DNA of 64,000 nucleotides, from contig CAWHBU010000003.1 of NCBI GenBank assembly GCA_963827685.1, positions 384,001 to 448,000 of the forward strand. Direction: 5' to 3'. Source of the stretch: an uncultured delta proteobacterium (lineage in GTDB: Bacteria; Desulfobacterota; BSN033; UBA1163). Shown here in pieces: positions 1 through 11,344 of the stretch (positions are counted from its first letter, which is position 1; each line of letters opens with the position of its first letter). The position numbers and the translations under genes are program-made. The notes beneath the pieces were generated by a model. The model was not told the DNA's origin, did not search any database, and saw nothing but the letters and a program-made list of their open reading frames with translations.

Positions 1-2
1 AA

Positions 3-248
3 GTGGCAAGGCGGTTTGGGGAACAAAAGGCCCAGGAGGTTGAACGGCTCATACAGACACTGCCGATCACCCTCGTTGAGGCCAATAAAGAACTTACCCG
101 GGAAGCGGCGCGCATCAAAGCCACAAAGCGAATGGCCTATGCGGATTGTTTCGCCGTTGCCCTCGCCCGCCTAAAAAAAGCCGAGATTTACACTGGCGAT
201 CCTGAGTTCAAAGTGGTTGAAAAAGATATTAAGGTTGTTTGGCTATAA
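3..248 (+). CDS. vapC: PIN-domain VapC-family toxin (5' truncated by window)
   Basis: C-terminal PIN motif AYADCFAVALA...IYTGDPEF. Confidence 0.8.
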   Translation: MARRFGEQKAQEVERLIQTLPITLVEANKELTREAARIKATKRMAYADCFAVALARLKKAEIYTGDPEFKVVEKDIKVVWL

Positions 249-638
249 CCAGAATCACAGAACATATATGTTCAGGTCTGTAGGAAAAACATATAGTCAC
301 GATAACTTCCTGAAGTCAATAAGGCACCTTTCATGCCTTACAATGCAGATTTCAACCAGATATCTTCAGTTCGGGCAATGTGCAGGTATTGGCAAGCTAT
401 CCGCTCATTTATCGCTTCCTCATCAGGTTGAGAATGATTATATCAGATTTGAAGCGGTAATTAAGACCACCATGGGCTGATGTTTTATTGGGAAAAATAA
501 GGGGTCCAAAATCTACGAAATGAGTGCTATTAGAATTTGGTGCTATTTTATTTGGCTGGTATATTGATTTTTGCCCCGAAGGACCTTTAATATATGCAAT
601 AAATGATTGAAAAGAAATATAAATGGAGGATTTAGATT

Positions 639-2402
639 ATGGAATATTCAAACACATTCGATCCTCGACGGATAATCAATTCAATTTACGACGGCATCGT
701 TGCAGTTGATGACAAAGGCTGTATCAGCTACTTTAATAAAACTGCAGAAAGGATTTTTAATATTTCAGCCCACGAAGCACTGGGGTGGTTCATCCTGGAT
801 GTACTCCCCCATACCGGAGGCAAACTTCTAGACTGTTTAAAAACAGGAAAGCCCTTTTATGGAGAAAAACTCAAAGGGGAAGAGGTCACACTTATCGCCA
901 ATATCAATCCGGTTATTCAGGATGGCGAAATCTCCGGGGTCGTGAGCGTCTTCCAAGATGTCTCGGAAATCGAGAGAATTTCTAAGGAGCTGGACGTTTT
1001 CAAGAATATGAAGAATTGGCTCGACACAATCATCGATTCTTCTTACGATGGCCTCTGGATCTGTGATCATGAGGGCAAGGTGATTAGAATCAGCAAAGCG
1101 TCTGAAAGAATCAATGGCGTAAAAGCCGAAGAGGTGACCGGAAAGAATATACAAGAACTTGTAGCTGAGGGGCTGGTCGATAAATCAGTGACGTTAGAGG
1201 TCCTCAAGAGAAAGACTGCTGTAACGATGATTCAGCAGGTTAAAGGTGGAAAGAAAATTCTGATAACGGGGAATCCAATTCTTGACGACAAGGGGCAAAT
1301 CATATTTGTTTTAGCTAATGAGCGCGACATTACCGAGCTCGACAATCTGAGAAGTCGCCTTCAAGAGACCCAGGCTCTTGCAAAAGAGTATGTCTCAAAG
1401 CTCTCAGAGTTGGAGTTGAGGGGAGTCGATTTATCCGATATCATTCTGCGAAGCGGAAAGGTACATAGAATAATTAAAACAGCTCTAAGAGTTGCGAAAG
1501 TCGATTCAACAGTGCTTTTGTTGGGGGAATCAGGTGTTGGAAAGGGAGTGATTGCTAAATTGATTCATAAGCATTCGGAACGAAGCACCGGACCTTTCGT
1601 CCGAGTTGATTGTGCAGGAATTCCAGATACGCTGATTGAATCAGAGTTATTTGGATACGAGAAAGGGGCTTTCACTGGAGCGAAGAGCGAAGGCAAACCA
1701 GGTTTCTTTGAGCTCGCTAACAAAGGAACGCTATTCCTCGATGAAATCGGGGAGATTCCTCTAACTTCACAATCGAAGCTCCTCCGATTTTTGGAGGATC
1801 ACGAGATTATCCGTGTCGGAGGAACAGCAGCGAAGGAAATTGATGTTAGGATTATTGCAGCTACGAATAGAAATATCGAAGAAATGGTATCTTCAAAAAT
1901 TTTTAGAGAAGACCTCTATTATCGACTCAACGTCGTTCCCATCTATATTCCGCCTTTAAGGGAAAGACGGGAAGATATATTACCCTTAATCCTTTATTAT
2001 CTTGAAAAATTCAATGAGGATTACAAAAAGAACAAATCTCTTTCGTCAGAAGTGGTTGAAATCCTTTGCAGATATAATTTTCCAGGGAATGTTCGTGAAT
2101 TGGCAAACTTAATTGAAAGGCTCGTAGTAGTGTCCGAAAGTGACCAAATTCAGATGATAGATCTGCCAAGTGAGGTCACAAGCTTTGTTGCTAAGAAAGT
2201 ATCACACCCGCTTATTTCTGAAGGAATTTCACTTAGAGAGGCGTTGAGAAAATATGAAATTTCCATCATCGAAATGACCCTAAAGAAGTATGGGTCTCAA
2301 CGAGAGGCAGCGAAGGCTTTAAAAATAGATCAAGCAACAATTTCCAGAAAGATCAAGAAATGCCTTTTTATCAAACGGGATGATGTAATTTTGCATAACT
2401 AA
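639..2402 (+). CDS. PAS-PAS sigma-54-dependent transcriptional activator (bEBP) with Fis-type HTH
   Basis: Two PAS domains, Walker [32 protein letters not shown]-terminal HTH; RBS GGAGG upstream. Confidence 0.95.
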   Translation: MEYSNTFDPRRIINSIYDGIVAVDDKGCISYFNKTAERIFNISAHEALGWFILDVLPHTGGKLLDCLKTGKPFYGEKLKGEEVTLIANINPVIQDGEISGVVSVFQDVSEIERISKELDVFKNMKNWLDTIIDSSYDGLWICDHEGKVIRISKASERINGVKAEEVTGKNIQELVAEGLVDKSVTLEVLKRKTAVTMIQQVKGGKKILITGNPILDDKGQIIFVLANERDITELDNLRSRLQETQALAKEYVSKLSELELRGVDLSDIILRSGKVHRIIKTALRVAKVDSTVLLLGESGVGKGVIAKLIHKHSERSTGPFVRVDCAGIPDTLIESELFGYEKGAFTGAKSEGKPGFFELANKGTLFLDEIGEIPLTSQSKLLRFLEDHEIIRVGGTAAKEIDVRIIAATNRNIEEMVSSKIFREDLYYRLNVVPIYIPPLRERREDILPLILYYLEKFNEDYKKNKSLSSEVVEILCRYNFPGNVRELANLIERLVVVSESDQIQMIDLPSEVTSFVAKKVSHPLISEGISLREALRKYEISIIEMTLKKYGSQREAAKALKIDQATISRKIKKCLFIKRDDVILHN

Positions 2403-2491
2403 ATGCAATCATGCACATTATTCAATTAACTAATCTTAAAAGGATTTTTTGATTACAATGTTTAAAACAAAACAGTCCATGCACAAATGCA
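2384..2491. promoter_or_regulatory. Three TGCA-N4-TGCA-type palindromes, probable upstream activator sites of the adjacent bEBP
   Basis: TGTAATTTTGCA 2384-2395, TGCAATCATGCA 2404-2415, TGCACAAATGCA 2480-2491. Confidence 0.65.
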
Positions 2492-2564
2492 TATCATTGG
2501 AAGACTCCGATCTTTTTTGTGCTATCCTTAATCTTTAATTCTAAGAACGTTTTTCTAACTAAGT

Positions 2565-2642
2565 TATCAACTAGTTATACATACAAGATTATACCCCTTT
2601 AAGTCTGTGAATTATTTTTTGCTTTTTGGCATGAAATTCGAA
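2565..2642 (+). promoter_or_regulatory. IHF site plus sigma-54 (-24/-12) promoter for gabT operon
   Basis: TATCAACTAGTTA (2565-2577) fits WATCAANNNNTTR; TGGCATGAAATTCGAA (2627-2642) is GG-N10-GA, a non-canonical -12. Confidence 0.6.
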
Positions 2643-2715
2643 TTCCTCTTGGCCCGACCCCAACCTTTGAATCGATCCTCTAAGAATAATTGATAAAAAG
2701 CGAGGTACATGATCT

Positions 2716-4029
2716 ATGAAAACGAATGAGTCATTGCTTGCGGAAAGGACCCAGCACATCCCTCAGGGGCTTTTTAATGTCCACCCTATTTTTGTTAAAA
2801 AGGCAAAAGGCGCCATCATTACCGATGTTGAAGGTAAGGAGTATATTGACTTTGCCGGAGGAATCGGAGTGTCAAACGTTGGTCACTGTGACGATGAGGT
2901 TTTAAGCGCAGTTCAGGATCAGATTCAGAACTACATGCACACATGCTTTCACGTGGTCATGTATGAACCTTATGTAGAGCTGGCAAAGAGGTTGAACGCC
3001 ATGACACCCGGAAACTTTGCTAAGAAGACGATGTTTACCAATAGTGGGGCGGAGGGAGTTGAAAATGCCGTCAAGGTAGCCCGGGATACTACCGGTCGAG
3101 GGGCTATCATCGCTTTCGACGATGCCTTTCACGGCCGTACCCTTTTGGCCTTAAGCCTCACGAGCAAGATGAAACCTTATAAGTTCGGATTCGGCCCTTA
3201 TGCGCCTGAGGTTTACCGAATGCCTTATGCGTACTGTTATCGATGCGCTTTTGGTTTGGAATATCCTTCCTGTGAGGTCCACTGTGCTTATTTCTTAAAA
3301 GAGTTCTTTCATACCCACATTTCCGCCGAGCAAGTAGCAGCATTGGTTGTGGAACCAGTATTGGGTGAAGGGGGATTCGTGGTTCCTCCCAAAGAGTACT
3401 TTAAAATCCTCAAAAGGATTTGTCAGGACAACGGGATCGTCTTTATTGCCGACGAGGTTCAAACCGGCTTTGGCCGGACGGCAAAAATGTTTGCGCTGGA
3501 ACATTATGAAGTGGCGCCCGATATTACGGTCATGGCCAAGTCCATGGCTGGAGGACTTCCTCTAAGTGCCGTGACGGGGAAGGCCGAAATGATGGATCAC
3601 CCTCAAGTAGGAGGGTTAGGGGGAACTTTTGCAGGCAACCCGGTTTCCTGCCGAGCAGCTCTTGCGGTGCTTGAACAGTTTGAGAAGAAAGACCTTCTCT
3701 CGAAGGCAGAACATATCGGCAAAAAGGTTCACAACAAATTCAAAGAACTCCAGAAAAGGTATCTTCTTATCGGTGACGTCCGAGGATTAGGAGCTATGGT
3801 GGGAATGGAGCTTGTGGTTGATCCTAAGACAAAAGAACCGGCTACCGCTCTCACGAAACAATTGATCAACCTGTGTCGCGAAAGGGGATTACTTATGATT
3901 TCAGCGGGCACTCACAGCAACATCATCCGGCCACTGATGCCATTGATTATCACAGATAGACAACTCGAAAAGGGACTTTCTATCCTTGAAGAGAGCCTAA
4001 GTGAAGTTCAACATTCACAAGATTCTTAA
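2716..4029 (+). CDS. gabT: 4-aminobutyrate/5-aminovalerate aminotransferase (class III PLP)
   Basis: YIDFAGGIG, NSGAEGVENAVK, FIADEVQTGFGRT, AKSMAGG, GGTFAGNP motifs. Confidence 0.9.
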   Translation: MKTNESLLAERTQHIPQGLFNVHPIFVKKAKGAIITDVEGKEYIDFAGGIGVSNVGHCDDEVLSAVQDQIQNYMHTCFHVVMYEPYVELAKRLNAMTPGNFAKKTMFTNSGAEGVENAVKVARDTTGRGAIIAFDDAFHGRTLLALSLTSKMKPYKFGFGPYAPEVYRMPYAYCYRCAFGLEYPSCEVHCAYFLKEFFHTHISAEQVAALVVEPVLGEGGFVVPPKEYFKILKRICQDNGIVFIADEVQTGFGRTAKMFALEHYEVAPDITVMAKSMAGGLPLSAVTGKAEMMDHPQVGGLGGTFAGNPVSCRAALAVLEQFEKKDLLSKAEHIGKKVHNKFKELQKRYLLIGDVRGLGAMVGMELVVDPKTKEPATALTKQLINLCRERGLLMISAGTHSNIIRPLMPLIITDRQLEKGLSILEESLSEVQHSQDS

Positions 4030-4042
4030 ATATCTGGAAACC

Positions 4043-4312
4043 ATGGCTCAGGAACTATTTTTAGATGAATTAAATCAAGAGATTAAGGCAGATAAAAGCC
4101 ATTCCCAAATCATCATCAATATTACAAATTCCCCAAAGCTCCTTGGAGAAGTGAAAAAGATTGTTGAGGGCTTAGGGGCGCGCATCATCGAGACAAAGCA
4201 CCTTTCTCCTAACTTGACCCTCCTAAAGTTGGACGTGAAGGACATGCGGGAGGTGGCCCTTAAATTGACTGAGCAAGGGTTTTTGATTAAAGGAATCAAT
4301 GCATCGCTTTAA
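4043..4312 (+). CDS. Small hypothetical protein, possibly ACT-like fold
   Basis: 89-aa ORF from ATG 4043 inside the operon; alternating beta/alpha pattern. Confidence 0.55.
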   Translation: MAQELFLDELNQEIKADKSHSQIIINITNSPKLLGEVKKIVEGLGARIIETKHLSPNLTLLKLDVKDMREVALKLTEQGFLIKGINASL

Positions 4313-4363
4313 TTTAGATCTATTCGATGAATGCCTTTTGCACCGAAGAGGCTAAGAAATTCC

Positions 4364-5945
4364 ATGATCCTCACCGAGATCCTGAGAAAGGCCATCAAGT
4401 TTTTCCCAAAAAAGCAGGCTATTGTTTGTGGGGGGGGAGCGGTGGACCTATCTGGAATTCTACGACCGTCTCAACCGTCTTTCCCATTCCTTAGCAGATT
4501 TGGGCGTCCGAAAGGATGACAAGGTTGCTGTCCTTCATCCTAACTGTCACCATTTTTTGGAAGCCTATTATGGAATTATGCAGATTGGGGCTATCTCCGT
4601 CCCCATCAACTATAGACTCTCCGCACGGGAGATTGCATTTATTCTCCAAGATTCGGAATCAAAGATATTGATCGCAGATCCCGCATTTGAGGAACAGGTC
4701 GATCCAATCCGAGCAGAGATACAGGGAGTCGAAAAGATTTTCTGGACCGGGCAGAGGAAGGCATCAAAGGATCCCCGGGATTTAGACTATGAAATAGCGT
4801 TATCTAAGGCGAATTCAACCCCATTGCCAGAAACCCCTATCACGGCGGATGACATTGCACAGATTTACTACACAAGCGGCACGACGGGTCGACCAAAAGG
4901 GGTGATGCTTTTACACAAGAACATCTATGCCCATGCTATCGGAACGATAGCGGAAATTCATCTTACAGATAGTGATGTGTGGATTCACGTCGCACCGCTT
5001 TTTCATCTTGCCGACGCTTGGGCCACATGGGCGGTAACGTGGGTCGGTGGGACCCATGTGTTGATCAGGGAATTTGATCCAAGGGCGGTTCTGGAAACTA
5101 TGGAGAGGGAAAGGGTAACGCTCACCAACCTCATCCCCACCATGCTCAATCTGATGGTCAACTACCCCGAGGTGGGAAAGTACGATTATAGTAGTTTGAG
5201 AGTTCTTTTGAGCGGTGGGGCGCCTATTGCACCAGAAGTGGTTCGAAAGATTGCCCAGACCTTCAAATGCGATTATGTCCAGACCTATGGAATGACCGAG
5301 ACGAGCCCCTATCTGACTCTCTCTATCTTAAAGGACCATTTGAAGAGATTACCCGAGGAGGATCAACTTCATTTCAAATCGAAGACAGGAAGGGAATTCA
5401 TTGGCGTCGCGTTGAAAGTGATAAATGACTGCGGAGAAGAGGTTAGAAGGGACGAAAAAGAGGTGGGGGAGATCATTGTCAAGGGAGACATTGTGACGAA
5501 AGGGTATTGGAAACTACCAGAGGAAACCGAGAGATCGATCAAGAACGGCTGGCTCTATACTGGCGATATGGCAGTGATGGATGAAGAAGGTTATGTCACG
5601 ATTGTAGATCGAAAGAAAGACATGATCCTCACCGGTGGGGAGAATGTCTATTCGACAGAGGTCGAAAATATTCTCTATAAACATCCGGCTATCTTAGAGT
5701 GTGCTGTGATCGGTGTCCCCGATTCAAAATGGGGTGAGGCGGTCAAAGCGATCGTAGTTCTCAAAAACGGCCAAAAGGCGACCTCCCAAGAGATCATCCA
5801 ATTCTGCAAAAACTGGATAGCCCACTACAAAGCTCCTAAGTCGATCGATTTCATTGACACCCTTCCAAAAACAGGTTCCGGAAAGATCAACAAGAAGGAA
5901 TTGAGGGACAAGTGCTGGGAGGGCTACGAGAAAAAAGTTCATTGA
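4364..5945 (+). pseudogene. Long-chain acyl-CoA synthetase (AMP-binding), frameshifted in a G8 run at 4430-4437
   Basis: N-terminus MILTEILRKAIKFFPKKQAIVCG is in one frame and continues as GERWTY in another; YYTSGTTGRPKG, YGMTE, TGD, KTGSGK motifs. Confidence 0.8.
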
Positions 5946-6023
5946 GGAAGTTGAGAGAACCATGGGGGATTAGAGCGCTCGATCCCATATAAAAATTCTT
6001 TATATGAGGAAGGGGGGAATTGA

Positions 6024-7289
6024 ATGCCCGAGAAAAAAAATAGGATCAACCCCATTGATGTGGCAATGAAGCAAGTGGATATCGCCGCGAAGAAATTGAG
6101 ATTAGAGCCAGGCCTTTGTGAAAAGATAAAGCAGACAAAGCGGGAACTGACCGTCCATTTTCCGGTCAAAATGGACGACGGAAGGGTCAAGATGTTCACC
6201 GGTTATCGGGTTCAACACAATATGACCCGAGGACCAGGAAAGGGAGGGATCCGCTATCACCCGGATGTCGATCTGGACGAAGTAAGGGCGTTGGCCATGT
6301 GGATGACCTGGAAAGCTGCTGTTGTCAATATCCCTTTTGGAGGAGCCAAGGGAGGTGTTCAGTGCGATCCAAAAAGCATGTCTCTCCAAGAGCTTGAGAA
6401 CATGACCCGCCGATTTACTTGGGAGATTGCGTCGATGATCGGTCCAGATCAGGACATTCCTGCCCCAGATGTCAATACCAACCCACAGGTCATGGCCTGG
6501 ATTATGGATACTTACAGCACACTTAAGGGTTATTCGGTCCATGGGGTCGTCACTGGAAAACCTCTGGAATTGGGAGGATCCCTGGGAAGGTTTGAGGCCA
6601 CAGGAAGGGGTGTGTTTATCACAGCTCTGGAGGCGGCCCGTCATCTCAAACTCCCCATGGGAAGAGCTCGCGTCGTTGTCCAGGGGAGTGGCAACGTGGG
6701 AGGAATTGCAGCCCAATATTTTGATCGAGAGGGGGCCAAGGTCATTGCGATCAGTGATTCGAAGGGAGGAGTCTATAATAAAAAAGGGCTGAATGTCTCA
6801 TCCGTCCTCGACTGTAAGAAAAAGTATTCCTGCCTCATTACCTCAAAAGTCAAAAGTGGGGATGAGATCTCGAATGAAGAACTCTTGGAGCTTGACTGCG
6901 ACATCCTTGTCCCCTCTGCATTAGAAAATCAGATCACTGACAAGAACGCCTCTAAGATAAAAGCTAAGATTATTGCCGAGGGCGCCAATGGTCCAACGAC
7001 TCCTGAAGCGGATGAAATTCTTCACGATCGTGGGATTTTTTTGGTCCCGGATATTTTAGCCAATGCCGGTGGGGTCACCGTTTCCTATTTTGAGTGGGTT
7101 CAAAACCTTCAGGAACTGCTCTGGAATGAAAAGGAGATCTCTGAAAGATTAACGAAGATTATGAAACGAAGCTTTGCCGAGGTGCTCAATATCTCACGAA
7201 GAGAGAAGGTCGATATGAGAACTGCGGCCTTGATGCTTGGCATTGGTCGTGTGGCAGAGGCAAGCAAATTGAGAGGAATTTATCCGTAG
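6024..7289 (+). CDS. gdhA: Glutamate dehydrogenase (Glu/Leu/Phe/Val family)
   Basis: GPGKGGIRYHP, PFGGAKGG, DIPAPDVNT, ANAGGVTVSYFEWVQN. Confidence 0.92.
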   Translation: MPEKKNRINPIDVAMKQVDIAAKKLRLEPGLCEKIKQTKRELTVHFPVKMDDGRVKMFTGYRVQHNMTRGPGKGGIRYHPDVDLDEVRALAMWMTWKAAVVNIPFGGAKGGVQCDPKSMSLQELENMTRRFTWEIASMIGPDQDIPAPDVNTNPQVMAWIMDTYSTLKGYSVHGVVTGKPLELGGSLGRFEATGRGVFITALEAARHLKLPMGRARVVVQGSGNVGGIAAQYFDREGAKVIAISDSKGGVYNKKGLNVSSVLDCKKKYSCLITSKVKSGDEISNEELLELDCDILVPSALENQITDKNASKIKAKIIAEGANGPTTPEADEILHDRGIFLVPDILANAGGVTVSYFEWVQNLQELLWNEKEISERLTKIMKRSFAEVLNISRREKVDMRTAALMLGIGRVAEASKLRGIYP

Positions 7290-7439
7290 ACCCTGAGGAT
7301 GGCTGGGAAGAAAACCGGAGAACCCAAAAGGAATTTCTCTCCAATCCCGATCCTGAATTTTTTGCAAGAGAATTGTTTCCTCGCTACAATTGGGCCGTAT
7401 GTTCTCAAAAAGATAACGATAAAGGAAAGGGAGCAAAAT

Positions 7440-8714
7440 ATGCTCAAGAATGAAATGAGACAGAAACTCTTTGGGCAAGTTGATCATTCTTTTGAAGAAC
7501 AAATCAACTTTCTCTCTAAACTCGTGACCTTCAAAAGCCTTGTCGGCCAGGAAGGCGAGGGGCAGCTCTTTTATGCTCAAGCGTCTCGTGACTTAGGATT
7601 GGAAGTGACTCTGTTTGAAGCCGATAAATCCGCGATTAGAACCCATCCCGCTTATGTGCCGATCGATCTGGAGTATGCGGGAAGACCGAATGTTATTGCC
7701 GAGATGAAGAAACCCAAGGAGGGCCGTTCGCTCATTCTCAATGGTCACATGGATGTCGTCTCTCCGGAGCCGGTTTCCAGATGGAGTGTCGACCCGTGGG
7801 GTGGGACGATCAAAGATGGCCGCCTCTACGGCCGTGGTTCCCTGGACATGAAGGCAGGGCTGGCAGCAAACTTCTTCGCTTTAAAGGCGATTTTAGATTG
7901 CGGTTTTCGCCCTCGCGGTAAGGTAATTTTGGAGAGCGTGATCGAAGAGGAATTAGGCGGTAGCGGAGGAACGCTCGCTTGTCTCATGAAAGGCGTTACG
8001 GCCGACGGGATGATGATTAGTGAGCCGACGCGGCATACCATTTTTGTGACCCATCCCGGCATCAAATATTTCCGGGTCAGAGTTTTCGGCCGTCCGGCCC
8101 ATGCAGCCTTATCCCATGAAGGGGTTAATGCGATTAGCAAAATGGTGCCGATCATTCAAGCTCTGGAAGCGTTGGATCTGAAGCGGGCGAGATCCTTATC
8201 CTATCCCAAGGTGGAGGTCCAAACGGGCAGGTCGTGTAACCTTTCGATGGGGAAGATGTCGGCTGGAGACTGGGTCTCGACTGTCGCCGGCTGGGCGACT
8301 TTGGAATGTCGAGTCGGATTCGTTCCGGGGGAGACCGGACCGCAGGTGATGGCCGAGGTTGAAAAGACTGTTCGCGAAGCTGTCAAGGGCGATGAATGGT
8401 GTTTGCAGCATCCGCCCGAGGTGGAATGGTTCGGGTGGAACACGGATCCATGGGTAGAGCCGGAGGATTCTGCCTTCGTTCAAATGTTTTTAGTGACCAG
8501 TCAAAGCATGATGACTCCTCCTCCCGAGTTGGTCGGTGCTTCCGGGGGCGTCGATACGCGGTTTGGCCAAATGTTTGGGACCCCGTCGATCGCCTTCGGG
8601 CCCAAAGGGGAAAATTATCATGGAATCGATGAATACGTTGATCTAGAATCGCTTCGCAACGTGACCAAGGTCTTGGCGCAGTTTATCGCCGAATGGTCGG
8701 GCATTATGGAATAG
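7440..8714 (+). CDS. ArgE/DapE-family (M20) deacylase
   Basis: LNGHMDVV, GRGSLDMKAG, EEE, HGIDE; ATG 7440 follows AGGGAG RBS. Confidence 0.88.
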   Translation: MLKNEMRQKLFGQVDHSFEEQINFLSKLVTFKSLVGQEGEGQLFYAQASRDLGLEVTLFEADKSAIRTHPAYVPIDLEYAGRPNVIAEMKKPKEGRSLILNGHMDVVSPEPVSRWSVDPWGGTIKDGRLYGRGSLDMKAGLAANFFALKAILDCGFRPRGKVILESVIEEELGGSGGTLACLMKGVTADGMMISEPTRHTIFVTHPGIKYFRVRVFGRPAHAALSHEGVNAISKMVPIIQALEALDLKRARSLSYPKVEVQTGRSCNLSMGKMSAGDWVSTVAGWATLECRVGFVPGETGPQVMAEVEKTVREAVKGDEWCLQHPPEVEWFGWNTDPWVEPEDSAFVQMFLVTSQSMMTPPPELVGASGGVDTRFGQMFGTPSIAFGPKGENYHGIDEYVDLESLRNVTKVLAQFIAEWSGIME

Positions 8715-8723
8715 GGAGGAACA

Positions 8724-9578
8724 GTGTTCTTTCAACAGCTGACGAACGGCTTGATCATCGGCAGTGCCTATGCTCTAATCTCCACGGGATTGACGATGAG
8801 CTTTGGGATTATGCATTTTTCCAACTTTGCCCACGGGACGATCTTCATGGTCGGGGCTTATTTCATGTATTTTTTTTGCATGTTTCTAAGGATCCCCTTC
8901 TTCTTGTCCGTCGCCCTAAGCATGTTAGCGGTGGGGTCAATCGGGGTAGTGCTGGAGCGGTTTGTATTCCGGCCGACCTACGGGCGGCATTTGCTCGATG
9001 TCTTGATGTCCTTAGGCCTGATGATTTTTTTGGAGAATGCGGTTTTGCGTTTAGTGGGATCGGAGACGCTGAACGTGAAGACCCCTTATACGGATGTCAT
9101 TCTTTCCTTTTTTTCCGCTTCGGTGACCCTCCAGCGGATGATTATTTTTGTGGCCAGTCTGATTCTGATTGCAGCCCTCTATGCGTTTCTGAATTTTACC
9201 CGTATCGGCAAAGGCATCGTGGCTACGGCCCAGAGTCCCAGAGGAGCCTTGCTGGTGGGGATTGACTCATCCAAGGTATATATGATCACCTTTGCACTCA
9301 GTACGGGCCTGGCTGCGGCCGGAGGTGCTCTCTTGGCGCCCATTTTTTATGTCTATCCGACCATGGGGAATATGCCTGTTATCACGGCATTCGTGGTGGT
9401 GGTGCTAGGGGGAATGGGCAACGTTCATGGAGCCGTTGTGGGAGGATTTATTGTCGGGCTGGTTGAAACCTTTGGCGGCGCCTATATCTCTTCCGATTAC
9501 AAGAACGTCTTTGGTTTTATGATTCTCGTCGGCGTACTTTTGATGAGACCCCAAGGCATTTTCGGTAGGAGACCGTAG
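8724..9578 (+). CDS. livH: HAAT (Liv-type) ABC transporter permease LivH
   Basis: QQLTNGLIIGSAYALISTGL, NFAHG, VVVLGGMG. Confidence 0.9.
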   Translation: MFFQQLTNGLIIGSAYALISTGLTMSFGIMHFSNFAHGTIFMVGAYFMYFFCMFLRIPFFLSVALSMLAVGSIGVVLERFVFRPTYGRHLLDVLMSLGLMIFLENAVLRLVGSETLNVKTPYTDVILSFFSASVTLQRMIIFVASLILIAALYAFLNFTRIGKGIVATAQSPRGALLVGIDSSKVYMITFALSTGLAAAGGALLAPIFYVYPTMGNMPVITAFVVVVLGGMGNVHGAVVGGFIVGLVETFGGAYISSDYKNVFGFMILVGVLLMRPQGIFGRRP

Positions 9579-10562
9579 GTGAGAAAATCAACCAAGACGA
9601 TTATTTTGAGCCTGGTGCTTCTGGCTGCGCTCGCCTTTCCGCTAGTGGAAAAAGACTCCTATTACCAGCATCTCATCATCAGCATGTTTTTATCTGCGAT
9701 CAGTGTCTATGCTCTGAATATCATCACCGGTTTTACCGGACAACTTAACATCGCTCATGCCGGCTTTATGGGAATTGGGGCCTACGTTTCCGCCATTCTT
9801 ACGGCGCGCTTTGGGTTCTCTTTTTGGGTGACGATGCCTTCCGTTGCAGTGATTACGGGGCTTTTCGGTTTACTCATAGGATACCCCTCGTTACGGGTCC
9901 GGGGGATCTATTTTTCGCTAACGACACTCGGATTCGGCTCTATTTTGTACATCATTTTTGATAATTGGGTCGCGGTGACTGGAGGACCGATGGGGATTAC
10001 AGGAATCCCTGCTCCTTCGGCGATTCAGCTGTCCGAAGATCTTACCCTTACCTTCTCCACGAAGACTGGATTTTATTATCTCGTTTTGGTCTGGGTTCTC
10101 TTTTCGATCTACCTGAATCGGGAACTATTCAACTCGCGGTTAGGGCGCGCCATGCTGGCGGTCCGCGAAAACGAAGATTTGGCTCAATCGGTGGGTATTT
10201 CGGTTGCCAGGACCAAAGTCCTCGCCTTTGTGATATCGACGGCTCTCTGCGGGATTTCCGGATGCTTGTTTGCCCATTATTTCCGGGTTATCAGCCCGGT
10301 CAGTTTCTCGTTGGGAGAGGTCTTCCGTGTCCTGACGATGTTGGTCGTCGGGGGAATGGGGACCTTATCGGGTCCGTTTTTGGGCACGCTGATTTTTACG
10401 ATCTTGCCAGAGGTTCTGCGCAGTATGGAAGATTATGAAATGATCGCCTATGGATTCATCCTCATGCTGTGTGTGGCCTTTTTCCCCGAGGGCATCATGG
10501 GATATATCAAGCGAAAGATCAGTGAACGGGCGATTCTCTCTGTTTCTGGAGAGAAGAAATGA
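9579..10562 (+). CDS. livM: HAAT ABC transporter permease LivM
   Basis: GFTGQLNIAHAGF, GRAMLAVRENEDLA, VVGGMG. Confidence 0.9.
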   Translation: MRKSTKTIILSLVLLAALAFPLVEKDSYYQHLIISMFLSAISVYALNIITGFTGQLNIAHAGFMGIGAYVSAILTARFGFSFWVTMPSVAVITGLFGLLIGYPSLRVRGIYFSLTTLGFGSILYIIFDNWVAVTGGPMGITGIPAPSAIQLSEDLTLTFSTKTGFYYLVLVWVLFSIYLNRELFNSRLGRAMLAVRENEDLAQSVGISVARTKVLAFVISTALCGISGCLFAHYFRVISPVSFSLGEVFRVLTMLVVGGMGTLSGPFLGTLIFTILPEVLRSMEDYEMIAYGFILMLCVAFFPEGIMGYIKRKISERAILSVSGEKK

Positions 10563-11344
10563 ACCTCTTGGTCTGCGAAAAGATATCAAGGAATTTTGGG
10601 GGGCTCAGGGCTGTCCATCAGCTGGATTTGACGGTCCAGGAAAAAGAGATTGTCGGACTGATCGGCCCCAATGGATCCGGAAAGACGACCATCTTCAATA
10701 TGGTGACCGGGTTTTTAGGTCTGAGCGGTGGAAGGATTCAATATGAAGGAAAAGACATCGGTCAATGTCCGCCTCATGTGATTGCCGGGTATGGTCTGGT
10801 GCGGACTTTTCAAAAAATCAGTGTCTTTTCCGATCTCTCAGTTTTGGAGAATGTCATCATTGGTCGGCACTTGCATCTCCACTCGAGCTTACTCAGCGGG
10901 CTCGTTCAGAGCCGCAGAAAGCATCTTGAAGACCAGGAGGTGCACCAGGAAGCCTTGCGCATCCTGAATTTTTTGGGCCTCTCCGAGTGGAAAAATCACA
11001 AGGTCAAGAATTTGCCGTTGGGGGGGCTTCAGCGGACTCTAGGAATTGGTGTTGCCCTGGCGGCGAAGCCGAAACTGTTGCTGCTGGATGAACCAGCATC
11101 GGGGATGAATCCCGAAGAGAAGAAACAGATCATCGAAGTGATCCGCAAGATCCATCAGTCGGGTATCACCCTTCTTTTGGTGGAACATGACATGAAAGTG
11201 GTGATGAATCTCTGCCAACGAATTGTCGTTTTAAATTTAGGGGAAGTTTTGGCCCAAGGGAGCCCTGAGGAGATCCAATCAGATCAGAGAGTCATTGAGG
11301 CTTACCTAGGGAAAGGGCATAGGCATGCTGCTGGAACTCGTTGA
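10559..11344 (+). CDS. livG: HAAT ABC transporter ATPase LivG
   Basis: GLIGPNGSGKTT, LLLDEP, EAYLG. Confidence 0.9.
   Translation: MNLLVCEKISRNFGGLRAVHQLDLTVQEKEIVGLIGPNGSGKTTIFNMVTGFLGLSGGRIQYEGKDIGQCPPHVIAGYGLVRTFQKISVFSDLSVLENVIIGRHLHLHSSLLSGLVQSRRKHLEDQEVHQEALRILNFLGLSEWKNHKVKNLPLGGLQRTLGIGVALAAKPKLLLLDEPASGMNPEEKKQIIEVIRKIHQSGITLLLVEHDMKVVMNLCQRIVVLNLGEVLAQGSPEEIQSDQRVIEAYLGKGHRHAAGTR

Noticed and set aside
217-480. 87-aa ORF after vapC and the many antisense ORFs inside long genes
   Set aside because: No motifs or RBS; shadow ORFs of well-supported genes
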